A DNA stretch of 64,000 nucleotides from Candidatus Bathyarchaeota archaeon (GTDB lineage Archaea; Thermoproteota; Bathyarchaeia; Bathyarchaeales; Bathycorpusculaceae): the NCBI GenBank assembly GCA_963717465.1, contig OY970340.1, positions 2,016,001 to 2,080,000 of the forward strand, given 5' to 3'. Below, one piece after another: positions 44,098 to 54,286 of this stretch. A model generated the notes under the pieces. That model saw only the letters and a program-made list of their open reading frames with translations, had not been told where the DNA came from and made no database searches. A program made the translations under genes and the position numbers. Numbering within the stretch: position 1 is the first letter of the stretch; every line of letters begins with the position of its first letter.

Positions 44098-46996
44098 TTG
44101 AGCGTCAATCATAAGAGATAATATTACAATTAAGGGCGCTCGGGAACATAATTTAAAAAATATTGATGTTGAGTTGCCCAGAAACAAGTTAATAGTGATT
44201 ACTGGGCTTTCAGGCTCAGGAAAATCCACTCTTGCATTTGACACAATTTATGCGGAGGGACAAAGGAGATACGTTGAAAGCTTATCCGCTTATGCAAGGC
44301 AGTTTTTAGGTTTAATGGATAAGCCCGATGTTGACTCTATTGAAGGTTTATCTCCAGCTATTTCAATTGAACAAAAAAGCACAAGCAAAAATCCTCGTTC
44401 AACAGTGGGCACAGTCACAGAAATTTATGATTATTTGCGACTTCTCTACGCGCGAATTGGAGTCCATCATTGTCCAAAATGTGGCAGTTCAATTCACCCT
44501 CAAAGCCCGGAAAACATCACAAGCCTTGTAATGTCTGAGAAAGGTAAAACTATGATCTTTTTAGCGCCAGTAATCAGGGGCATGAAAGGAACGCACGAGC
44601 AGGTTTTCGACGATTTAAAAAAGCAAGGATACACAAAAATCAGAGTGGACCAGAAAATTTACGATTCCGACTCAATCAAGGATGAAGTGAAACTGGTCCG
44701 CTATGAAAAGCATTGGATAGAAGCAGTCATAGACACGGTTAAGAATTGATGATGAAGAACGTTCGCGAATTGCTGAGGCAGTAGAGCAAGCGCTTCAATT
44801 CGGCAAAGGAACAATGATTGTTATAGACGCCGAGAACACGGATGCAAACAAAAAAAGAGAGCTCGAACGATTCGAAGCTGAAACAATCTACAGTACCTTT
44901 GGTGCTTGTCCCAATCATCCAGAAATTGTTTTTGAAAGCTTAGAGCCGCGAATGTTCTCGTTTAACTCGCCTTTTGGTGCATGCCCAAGTTGTCACGGTC
45001 TTGGGGAAATAATGGAGATAGCTGAAGACCTTGTGATTCCTGATAAGTCAAAATCCATAATGGATGGTGCGTTAGAAGTCTATGGCAAAATGGAGTTAAG
45101 TTGGCGTGCACAGCAGCTTGCAATGGTGGGCAAAAAACATGATTTTGACGTTTTCACTCCAATCGCTGACTTTTCTGAGAAGCAACTGCATGTTCTATTG
45201 TACGGTGATGCAGAGCCAATAAATGGCAGTTGGTCTAATGGCGCTAACATGTGGATGCGCAATGGTTGGGAAGGCATTATGCCCCAAACTATGCGGCTTT
45301 ATCGCCAAACAGAATAGTGAATGGAGAAAAGAAGACATTGAGAAATTTATGATTTATAAACCCTGCAATGTGTGTCAGGGCAAAAGGCTTCAGCCAGTGG
45401 TTCTTGCCGTTCGAGTATTAGACAAAAGCATAATCGACGTGACTGACCTTTCAATTGACGAGGCAGTTAACTTTTTCCATAATTTACCAGAGAAACTAAG
45501 CGAGAAGGATATGGCGATTGCCAAACAGGTGCTTAAGGAAATTAATGAGCGATTAGGCTTCCTTAAAAATGTAGGGTTAGGCTATCTCTCGCTTTCCAGA
45601 GCCGCAAGAACGCTCTCAGGCGGAGAAGCTCAACGTATCCGTTTAGCTACACAAATCGGCAGCAACCTAATGGGCGTTCTCTACATTTTAGATGAGCCAA
45701 GCATTGGCTTGCATCAAAGAGATAATGCTAAATTAATCGCTACACTCCGCAAGTTACGTGATCTTGGGAACACTTTGATAGTGGTTGAGCACGACGAGGA
45801 AACTATTCGAAGTGCAGATTACATTGTGGATATGGGTCCAGGAGCTGGAATTCATGGAGGTCACGTTGTTGCTGAGGGAGCGCCATGGCAAATTGAGAAG
45901 AACAAGAAGAGCCTTACGGGGAAGTATCTTTGTGGCGAATTAAAAATTGAGGTTCCTTCACAGAGAAGAAAAATCCTTGATTACATAACGGTTTCTGGTG
46001 CTCAGGAAAATAACCTGAAGAATCTTACGGTTAAGCTTCCGTTAGGCGTTCTATGCGGTGTAACTGGTGTTTCAGGTTCAGGGAAGAGCACGCTTATGAA
46101 CCAGACAGTTATGCCTGCTTTAAGGCAAAAGTTTGGAGAACGCGTTGACAAAGTAGGAAGGCACAGTCAAATTGATATTCCTCGATTGGTAAGGAACGTT
46201 ATAGTTATTGACCAAGATCCCATTGGCAGGACTCCGAGGAGTAATCCTGCAACTTACACGAAACTTTTCGATGAAATCAGGCGCATTTTTGCCTCAACAA
46301 AAGAAGCAAAAGCACGTGGATACAAGGAAGGTCGATTCTCGTTTAACGTTAAAGGTGGCAGATGCGAAACATGCAGCGGCGATGGCGTTTTACGGATTGA
46401 AATGAACTTTCTCCCAGATGTTTACGTGCAATGCAGCGAATGCAAGGGTAAACGCTACAACAAGGAAACCCTTAGCATCCTCTACAAGGGCAAGAACATC
46501 GCTGAAGTGCTAGATATGACTGTGGAGGAGGCTGCAGTGTTCTTTGAGAATGTGCCCTTTATTTCAAGGAAACTTCAGACGTTGCTTGATGTTGGGTTAG
46601 GTTACATTAAGCTTGGGCAGAGTTCAACAACGCTTTCTGGAGGAGAAAGCCAGCGTATCAAGATCACTCGTGAACTTAGCAAGAACAAGTCGGGGCACGT
46701 AGTTTACATGTTGGATGAGCCTACAACGGGGCTTCATTTTGATGATACCAAGCGGCTTATTGCGGTTTTGAATCGGCTTGTAGAAAAAGGAAACACTGTT
46801 TACGTTATCGAGCACAATTTGGATGTGGTTAAGAGTTGCGATTACCTTCTTGATTTGGGACCTGAAGGTGGTCTGGCAGGAGGAGAAATTCTTGCCAGCT
46901 GGGACGCCTGAAGAAGTCGCTGAAAACTCGAACTCATACACAGGGAAATTCCTGAAAAAAATGCTGACTAAACAGGCAATGGCGATTCAACAGTGA
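44098..46996 (+). CDS. uvrA: Excinuclease ABC subunit A (+1 indels near 44116, 44744, 45315, 46897)
   Basis: [32 protein letters not shown], zinc fingers; restored frame ends at TGA overlapping the uvrC GTG. Confidence 0.93.
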
Positions 46997-48591
46997 TTCC
47001 AATTTCTGCTCCAACTGAATTCAAAAGCAGTCAGATTCCACTTAATCCTGGAGTATACTTGTTTAAAGATGAGTCGGGTGAAATCTTGTATGTTGGGAAA
47101 GCCAAGAGTCTACGGCAGCGAGTTAAAAGTTACTTTGCAAATTCTGATCAGCCAGCCAAAACGAGGCAGTTGGTTTCAAGAATTAGAAACATTGACTGGA
47201 TTGTCGTGAATAATGAAGTTGAAGCGTTGCTTTTGGAGAATAAACTTGTTAAGCAGCACTCGCCAAGATACAATGTTAACCTTAAAGATGCTAAGACATA
47301 CGCTTACATCGCTTTTACACGTGAAGAATACCCGAGAATTTTGACTTCACGCAAAGTATCACGCAAACTCGAATCTTTCGGACCCTACACCGACGGGTTC
47401 ACTAGGCAAGATTTACAACGGTTGGTTGTGCGAGTTTTTAAATTGCGGACTTGCAAGAAACTACCCAAACGTGCCTGCTTGAATTTTCACATCGGCCTCT
47501 GCACAGCACCCTGCATCCAAAACGTCACGGGCGAAAAGTACATTCGTCAGGTGGAGCAAGCGCGTTCTTTTCTGAATGGGAATTATCAGCAGACAATTGA
47601 ATTGCTTAAGGCGCAAATGGAGAAAGATTCTCAAACGCAAAAATATGAAGAGGCGCTTGATTTGCGAAATCAAATCTTTTCCATCCGCCTTTTAACCCAA
47701 CGCCAGGTAGTTGATAACGAGAGAAGGTTTGACCAAGACGTAATGGTCTTTAGACAATTCGGCGAGAAAGTGAACGTTGTGCAAATGGGTGTGCGGAAAG
47801 GGGTTTTGCTGGGGAAGAAAGAGTTTTCAGTTGATTTGCAGCCGCAGATTGAGCAGGAATTTCTTAAAGCGTTTTACGCAACGAACAGGATTCCAAGAGA
47901 GATACTGCTTAACAAGCCTTGTTGGCAAGATAATGATGAAAAGGTTGCTTTGGAAGAGTTTTTGTCATCGAAACGGTTGGCGCCTGTAACGTTGGTTGTT
48001 CCGAGGCGTGCAGATAAGCTTGCGCTGGTAAAGTTGGCAGAGAAAAATTTGGAGTCCACTATGAACGTTGATGGTGCATTGGTTGATTTACAAAATACGC
48101 TAAATCTTGCAGTGCTGCCTCGGTTAATTGAATGTTTTGATGTTTCAAACTTGGGTCAAGAGCACGTGGTTTCCGGCATGGTCAGCTTTAAAGACGCAAA
48201 ACCCAACAAGAATGGCTATCGCAAATTCAAAATTAAAACTTTCACGGGGCAGGATGATTTTGCAGCAGTCAACGAAGTGGTAACGCGAAGATACAAGCGC
48301 GTAATGGAAGAAAAAGCTGTATTGCCTGACTTGGTGGTTGTTGATGGAGGACCTGGACAAGTCAGCGCCGCAAAAACTGCTCTACAATCGTTGGGGCTTC
48401 AGCTGCCGCTGATTGGTTTAGCTAAGGAGCATGAGGAGATTTATTTGCCCGATGGATCCTCTGCTCTGAAATTTGATGAAAACAGTAAGATGATGCTTTT
48501 GTTGAGAAGGATCAGGGATACAGCGCATAACTTTTCAGTTGGTTACAACATTAAACGCAGAGAAATGAAAATGCGTGAAGATTTCGAGTGA
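46993..48591 (+). CDS. uvrC: Excinuclease ABC subunit C (ends before the usual HhH tail)
   Basis: GIY-YIG PGVYLF..YVGKAK, ECFDVS, PDLVVVDGG.GQ, IRD.AH. Confidence 0.93.
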   Translation: MIPISAPTEFKSSQIPLNPGVYLFKDESGEILYVGKAKSLRQRVKSYFANSDQPAKTRQLVSRIRNIDWIVVNNEVEALLLENKLVKQHSPRYNVNLKDAKTYAYIAFTREEYPRILTSRKVSRKLESFGPYTDGFTRQDLQRLVVRVFKLRTCKKLPKRACLNFHIGLCTAPCIQNVTGEKYIRQVEQARSFLNGNYQQTIELLKAQMEKDSQTQKYEEALDLRNQIFSIRLLTQRQVVDNERRFDQDVMVFRQFGEKVNVVQMGVRKGVLLGKKEFSVDLQPQIEQEFLKAFYATNRIPREILLNKPCWQDNDEKVALEEFLSSKRLAPVTLVVPRRADKLALVKLAEKNLESTMNVDGALVDLQNTLNLAVLPRLIECFDVSNLGQEHVVSGMVSFKDAKPNKNGYRKFKIKTFTGQDDFAAVNEVVTRRYKRVMEEKAVLPDLVVVDGGPGQVSAAKTALQSLGLQLPLIGLAKEHEEIYLPDGSSALKFDENSKMMLLLRRIRDTAHNFSVGYNIKRREMKMREDFE

Positions 48592-49187
48592 CTTGTTTCC
48601 CGTGACTGGTGGGAAAAGGGTTGAGGGTTTGTGGCGTTCGGTTGTTTTTGAACTGTTGTTTAGTTTAAGTTGAATGGTGCTGTGAGTTTTTGGTGTGGTG
48701 GATCCTAATTTTGAAAGGCTTAACGCACTCATTATAGAGAAGTAGAAAAAGAAGGTTTTCCGGCAGATGAATCAAGGGTTCTTTGAAGTTCGTTTCATTC
48801 TCTCAAAACTAATTTGAATAACTGTCCAGAATAAAGTGATATTCTAAAAAAGGAGAGTGACTGCGTAGAATTAGGAGAATTGGCGATGTCGCCAGTCTGT
48901 TGAGGGTTCGAATCCGACTATCTTTGTAAAAAGCACCGAGGGTTTGGTTGAAAGCACGCAAGCCTATCGAAAGCTCACTTAGAAACTGCTCGCTAAGCAA
49001 AAATTTTAGCAGTTCCTTAAAATTTAGTTTACCCATAGAACATTGACTTAACATATTGGAAAGTTTTATGTAGTCAAACAAGCCAACAAGTTAAGCTTAA
49101 CCTCCTTTTTTCCATAAATTGGGGGAAATTGGTAAGGAAAGGGAATGAAACATAATACCACAAGAAAATAGAAGCTTAAAACTAGCA

Positions 49188-50369
49188 TTGCTTACTATCG
49201 GTCAATTTACGTTCTCGATGTGTTTCACTGGTCCTTTGGCTATACTTACGCCTTACGTACAATTACTTGGTGGTACTCTAATAGAGGCAGGACTTGTAAT
49301 CGGCATCATATTTCTGTTGCAGGCTCTAATGATGATAGTATTTGGAGTTATCGGTGATAAATATGGAAAAAGGCTTCCTTTGTTTATAGGCTGCTTGGTG
49401 ATGTCAATAGGCACTTTACTTTGTCCATTGGCACCTAACGTAATATGGCTGGTTGTCTTTAGGGCAATCGTGGGAATAGGACTAGGAGTGTTCGGTCTTT
49501 TTGGTGGTGCCTTTGCTGCATTTTTCTCGCGAGAAAGAACTTCGGTTGGAATGGGGGTCTATATGACTACGCAGGGAATAGGTGGTTTCATTGGAACTTT
49601 AGTCGCCGGAATAATAGCTGCAGTATTTGGCGGTGGAATATTTGGAGATCAAATGGTGTTCTACATCCTTGGTACACTTGGCTTAATAGCAACAGTAACT
49701 GCAACCATTGGAATTGTTGAGATGCCACACGTAAAACTAGCAGTACCAACAGCAGAGAAACCAAAAGGAAGAGGTCTAGGGGCAATCATCAAAACTCGAA
49801 ATATTTGGCCGGTCATCATTGCGCTGATATTTGTGGTTATCGGCATTCAAACAACGGGAGCATTCGGTTCAGCTATGGCTCTGGCTATCGGTGCACCCGC
49901 GGCATTAATTGGGTTGGTGGCAGGCTTCACATTATTGCCTTCAGCGATCATGGGTGTTTTCATGGGAACAGCCGTGCTTAAAATTGGAACCAAGAAACCA
50001 GCTGTTATAGGAGCTTTCTTAGCCGCCGTGGCGATAGCCTTAATAGGGTATGCCTTCGTGATAGCATCATTTATTTTCTTGTTGATCGCGTGCCTTTTAC
50101 TCAGTATTTTCATAGGCTTTAACCAGACACCATGTTTAGCCATGGCAGCCGGATCCGTTGCGCCTGAAGAGCACAACAGGGCTATAAGTCTGATTATGAT
50201 GGCCGCTATCCTTCCAGGTTTCCTAACCATACTAACAGGAGCTCTAGCAATGACTGCAGGATACGCAACAACATTTTACATCGTAGCTGTTCTAGTAGCC
50301 GTCGGAGCATGCTTTTTGCTTTTAACAAAAGAAATAAAACGCGACAAAACGCGCCACCCCAGAACATGA
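49188..50369 (+). CDS. MFS transporter (5' end uncertain)
   Basis: About 12 TM helices; motif A G.IGDKYGKR. Confidence 0.85.
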   Translation: MLTIGQFTFSMCFTGPLAILTPYVQLLGGTLIEAGLVIGIIFLLQALMMIVFGVIGDKYGKRLPLFIGCLVMSIGTLLCPLAPNVIWLVVFRAIVGIGLGVFGLFGGAFAAFFSRERTSVGMGVYMTTQGIGGFIGTLVAGIIAAVFGGGIFGDQMVFYILGTLGLIATVTATIGIVEMPHVKLAVPTAEKPKGRGLGAIIKTRNIWPVIIALIFVVIGIQTTGAFGSAMALAIGAPAALIGLVAGFTLLPSAIMGVFMGTAVLKIGTKKPAVIGAFLAAVAIALIGYAFVIASFIFLLIACLLLSIFIGFNQTPCLAMAAGSVAPEEHNRAISLIMMAAILPGFLTILTGALAMTAGYATTFYIVAVLVAVGACFLLLTKEIKRDKTRHPRT

Positions 50370-50510
50370 AAAAATCGCGCAATTAAAACTGTGAAAAGAG
50401 GACTTTGAAATCTGCAAATTAAGGCTTGTTTTTTTAGCTAACGTATTATAAAAAAAGGGAACTTTGCGGAGTAAACGAGTTTGCTGGCGACATCACCTCT
50501 CTCGATAGCG

Positions 50511-50533
50511 TCCGAATCCCTTCCTCGGCGCCA
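50511..50533 (+). other. tRNA 3'-end fragment (att-like), Ser-type discriminator
   Basis: CCGAATCCCTT-CCTCGGC-G-CCA = T-loop/T-stem, acceptor 3' strand, G73, CCA; no 5' half adjacent. Confidence 0.55.
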
Positions 50534-50712
50534 TTTTACCAGTTAGTGGTTCAATTTAAGCCTTATTTGTTATAAAAACCGCGAATATTCATTATTAGTT
50601 TTTGCGTTTCAACTCTTCCAAGAAAATTCTTGGGCTGGCAATAAGAATCCACTTTTGTAGGAGATAATTTGCGGGTACTATTCCAGAAGCAGAATACTGC
50701 CAAATGCTATAA

Positions 50713-51885
50713 TCAGTGTCTGGCATAGTAGGAGGCTACTGCCCGGAATGCCTCTTTGGGTTCCCAAGGCATATCAGTGTAAGTGTCTCCTCTCTTGTCA
50801 AATTCACCGGTGAATTTTGACATTTCCTCTGGAGCTAAATCAACACCTAAAAGTTCCTTTCCTTGTCGTTCAGTCTGCAAAGTTATTTGTTCAAAAGTGT
50901 CTTTCTCAGGATAGCTTTTTACTAGGCTGTAGCTGCCCATGTCGCCGTCGAATCTAGGGTCTGGGGCGTATGTGGAAGTCGGAGACACAAAAGTGAAAAC
51001 GAACGCTCCCTCAACGCCTGCCGCGTCAAATGTAACGAGTTGTTCTATGATCTCTTTTGCTTGTAAACTTTCGTCGCGAATGTAGTGGCCGTCAGCCTTC
51101 GGAATGACCTTGAGCATTTCCTCAATCATTTTGGGCAAAGTTATCTTTGGTCCAAGGTAATCAGCCATCATACCGAAAATGACGATGAAGCCATTACCAC
51201 CAAGCATATCCGCCCCTCGGTAAGTGCAGCAACCGAATTCACCTATCATGACGGGCTTGTTGTAGGCTTGGTAACCGCTGACAATTTTGCCGAATACATT
51301 TTTGATTCGAGCATCCCGATAAAGATCAGCGCCAATGAAGTCAAACGGGTTCCAGTCCACTGTTTCGAGCGGGACTGAGAAATAGGTAACCTTGCCGTTA
51401 AACACCTGTCTGACAGCCTGGTTTGCCTTTGCAAGGAATTCATTAAGTGGCTTGTTATGTCTGCCCTCTTTGATGCTAATCCAGAATGAGGGGTTGTTCA
51501 TCCGTTCAAAGAAATTTTTGCCTTCAATTATTCCTTGAGTAAAAAGGGTCAATTCTGACCCCACACTGAACACTACTTTTTCCGACCACCGCTTTCTCAA
51601 CAATTCTGCAGCCTTGGCGGCTGTCACGAGGTATTGGAGAGTCTCCTCTTGGCTTCTGTCCCACATCTCAGGTGAGAACCACACTTCCAACCCTTGCCTT
51701 AATGCTTCCTCGCTGGCAGTTACCAGTCGCTTAATGTCAAGACCACAAATTCTCACAACGTTGCAATGCAAGTCCTTTTTGATTATTTCGAGTTCTCGAC
51801 GTACAATTTTAGAGTCGAATTTAGGGCGCCAATTACTGCCCATCATTACTCGTCCAACATCATAACATACACCTTTTCGATTCAT
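50713..51885 (-). CDS. TIM-barrel glycoside-hydrolase-like protein of unknown function
   Basis: KGVCYDVG, DLHCNVVRI, GLEVWFSP, VGSE, KPVMIGEFGC, WEPKEAF. Confidence 0.6.
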   Translation of the reverse strand: MNRKGVCYDVGRVMMGSNWRPKFDSKIVRRELEIIKKDLHCNVVRICGLDIKRLVTASEEALRQGLEVWFSPEMWDRSQEETLQYLVTAAKAAELLRKRWSEKVVFSVGSELTLFTQGIIEGKNFFERMNNPSFWISIKEGRHNKPLNEFLAKANQAVRQVFNGKVTYFSVPLETVDWNPFDFIGADLYRDARIKNVFGKIVSGYQAYNKPVMIGEFGCCTYRGADMLGGNGFIVIFGMMADYLGPKITLPKMIEEMLKVIPKADGHYIRDESLQAKEIIEQLVTFDAAGVEGAFVFTFVSPTSTYAPDPRFDGDMGSYSLVKSYPEKDTFEQITLQTERQGKELLGVDLAPEEMSKFTGEFDKRGDTYTDMPWEPKEAFRAVASYYARH

Positions 51886-51887
51886 TA

Positions 51888-52514
51888 TTAACAGACCTCT
51901 TGTTTGTCTGGTTTTAGCATTCGCAGGATGATTTTGGCATCTGGGAAATACTTCTTGCTGTCGCTTAGGTCAAGCATGGTTGCTCTTTTCATTAATCCGT
52001 TAAAACAAGCCAGCAACGCAACCATAAGCTGGTCAGGGTCATCCTTAACGATTTCTCCAGTAGCCTGCCCTTCAATGATAAGCTGACGCATAATATCCTG
52101 AATGGCCCTACCGTTTCTTTGAACAAGACCTTTAAGATCGATAGGTGCCTTTTCATCTTCCAAAACATTATACATTAACTGGGACATCCCGGGGTTTTCA
52201 CGATAGTTTTCAAGAATGTAGGTGATTAGAAGTGCAAGACGTGTGCCTGGTTTACCTTGAATTTGGGCAATGCGCTCGGTTGGCCCACCGCCTGCTTCTG
52301 CTGCTTGCTTAACTAAGACAGCGAAGATTTCTTCCTTGCTTGCAAAATAGTGATAGGCTAATCCCTCACTAACTCCAGCTTTGGCTGATATTTCAGCCAT
52401 TGTTGCAGCCCGCCCTTTGATTGCAAATACGGCTATAGCAGCGTTCAAGATTTTTTGTGTTGTCTCTTTTCTAATTTCTTCGTTTGCTTCTTTGCTTCTA
52501 GGCAATATAACCAC
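51888..52514 (-). CDS. TetR/AcrR-family regulator
   Basis: ILNAA..F..G..ATMAEIS.KAGVS.GL.YHYF.SKEEI. Confidence 0.9.
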   Translation of the reverse strand: MVILPRSKEANEEIRKETTQKILNAAIAVFAIKGRAATMAEISAKAGVSEGLAYHYFASKEEIFAVLVKQAAEAGGGPTERIAQIQGKPGTRLALLITYILENYRENPGMSQLMYNVLEDEKAPIDLKGLVQRNGRAIQDIMRQLIIEGQATGEIVKDDPDQLMVALLACFNGLMKRATMLDLSDSKKYFPDAKIILRMLKPDKQEVC

Positions 52515-52521
52515 ATTTTTT

Positions 52522-52540
52522 ATTGAATGATTTATTCAAT
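52522..52540. promoter_or_regulatory. Putative TetR autoregulatory operator
   Basis: ATTGAAT-N5-ATTCAAT immediately upstream of the TetR start. Confidence 0.55.
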
Positions 52541-52914
52541 CAACTATAAAAGGTTAAACCAGTTCATTCAAAAAGACTTATTGCCTGACTGTAGGCGCGT
52601 TAGAGAATTCTTTTTGCCTATCTTTCCCGACGTTAATTTATTTCCACCTCGAGGGGCAATATTATTTGTTAAAACAAAATCGAATACAGAAAATGAAAAA
52701 AAGAGGGTTTGCGGGTGCTGGCCCCCAGGCGTGGGGTCAAAATTGTAGCGGCCCCTATGGAAGAACTGGATTTTAACTCTAGTAACAGATTGGTTTGAGT
52801 TAGACCGATACAGCAATGACAGCTTAGAATGATTTACTAGTAAACTAGGGCTCAAATCCCTTTCCCAGGGCCAATTTTAAAATTAATCGGAGCTCCCAAG
52901 GGAAGAAACGTATA

Positions 52915-53231
52915 TTATTGTGTTTTGAGTTCGCCAAGTCTTTTGGTTAGCTCATCAAAAATTACTTGCTTCTTCTCGTTACCCAAGTGGAAAACGACTT
53001 TTGAAGCCATTTCATTTGATATAGTGAAGATATAATTCAATTTTATAACGCTGTCTTTCAATGCGCCTTCGCTCTTGGTAAGGGGGATTCCTTTCATTTT
53101 GAGATTACTGGTAACGCCCGCAACGACAACGTTTCCAATTCCTCGAACAGAACTACGGCTGGTCTAACTTTCACTTCAGCGGTGTCTGTGAATTGGACGG
53201 TTGCAAGAATAACGTCTCCAGACTTAGGCAT
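52915..53231 (-). CDS. PemK/MazF-family toxin (one base missing near 53138)
   Basis: MPKSGDVILATVQFTD..KVRPAVVL, then GNVVVAGVTS..GALKDSVIKL in the shifted frame. Confidence 0.8.
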
Positions 53232-53340
53232 TTTCCCAAGCCTCGTCTTCCTCGTTATCCCATAATTCCCTCATTTTCGCTTGCTGAATTTTATGCAAAA
53301 ACTCGTCATATTGCCTTCTATTTTTGGATTCCTTTGCCAT
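53224..53340 (-). CDS. Putative cognate antitoxin (38 aa, possibly 5'-truncated)
   Basis: Acidic C-terminus ELWDNEEDEAWENA overlapping the toxin start. Confidence 0.6.
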   Translation of the reverse strand: MAKESKNRRQYDEFLHKIQQAKMRELWDNEEDEAWENA

Positions 53341-53418
53341 CCTAATCAGATCTATTATGATTTCTTTGTACGTTTTTCTGGGATGCTAAATGCAATTAAA
53401 TTATGTGTCCCAACAAAG

Positions 53419-54174
53419 CTATTTCTTTAATTCTTCAACCAATTCTTCAACATGCTCGATAATGTACTCGTTTATTTTTTTGCCCTTTTCCTCTGTTGCC
53501 AACGTGGGGTCGCCATGCACGCCGCTTGGGAAAAACCGTTCTGGATCAGCAACAACCTCAAACCGCGGCATTTTTGAAGGAGCAGGTTTATGCGGATTCT
53601 TGACAATTTCAGGTTTAATTGCCATGACCCGGGAAGTCTCAATAGCTCCCGCGTGACCATCGTTTTCCGGAGCATACTTGGATCTTAATTCCTCAGCAAA
53701 ATCGTAATCTGACAAAACCATTATACGAGTTTTCTTGTCTGGCTTTTCTTTGTTTTTGTCTACAACCGTTTGTGCCGCAAGCCGCAGCGCCACCATATGT
53801 GATTGACCTGCATGGCCACTAAGCACAATAATTCTTGTAAAACCATTCCGCACCAATTCGGATAGTACATCTAACGCCAAATTGTAAAGCGTGTTAAATT
53901 GAATAGTTAAAGTACCCTGAAAATTCCTTGCTGCGTTACAAATGCCATACCTCAGAGGTGGAGCGACAAGGCAACCCGTTTTCTTGGCAACTTCCAAGGC
54001 AACATATTCAGGTTGCAGGCTGTCAGTGCCAAGGGGTAAGTGATCGCCGTGTTCTTCAACGCTTCCAACAGGAAAAATAACCACAGTGCCCTTTGACGCG
54101 GCTTTTTCTGCTTCTTTCGTGGTTAATTCGTCAAACCATAAATGCTTCTGATTAGATCTTGATTCCTTTGTCAT
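53419..54174 (-). CDS. Creatininase-family amidohydrolase (creatinine amidohydrolase/ArfB/MftE-like)
   Basis: PVGSVEEHGDHLPLGTD, SGHAG, GHAGAIETS, GVHGDP. Confidence 0.85.
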   Translation of the reverse strand: MTKESRSNQKHLWFDELTTKEAEKAASKGTVVIFPVGSVEEHGDHLPLGTDSLQPEYVALEVAKKTGCLVAPPLRYGICNAARNFQGTLTIQFNTLYNLALDVLSELVRNGFTRIIVLSGHAGQSHMVALRLAAQTVVDKNKEKPDKKTRIMVLSDYDFAEELRSKYAPENDGHAGAIETSRVMAIKPEIVKNPHKPAPSKMPRFEVVADPERFFPSGVHGDPTLATEEKGKKINEYIIEHVEELVEELKK

Positions 54175-54286
54175 ATGTTAAGAGTGAATGCTTGGGTTTT
54201 TCTGTTTTTCGGAAGCATTCAAGCATTAATCTTCAAGTTTTGTAGCGTTTGCTTGTGCAGGTTTAAATAATTCATGTGAGACTCAT

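Noticed and set aside
42068..46996. Programmed frameshifting or true pseudogenes in uvrB/uvrA
   Set aside because: No shared slippery motif; the same scattered indel pattern occurs in unrelated genes, so artefact is more parsimonious.
52750..52873. tRNA-Sec or ochre-suppressor tRNA gene
   Set aside because: No D-arm, acceptor stem does not pair and the loop is not UCA; kept only as a low-interest relic.
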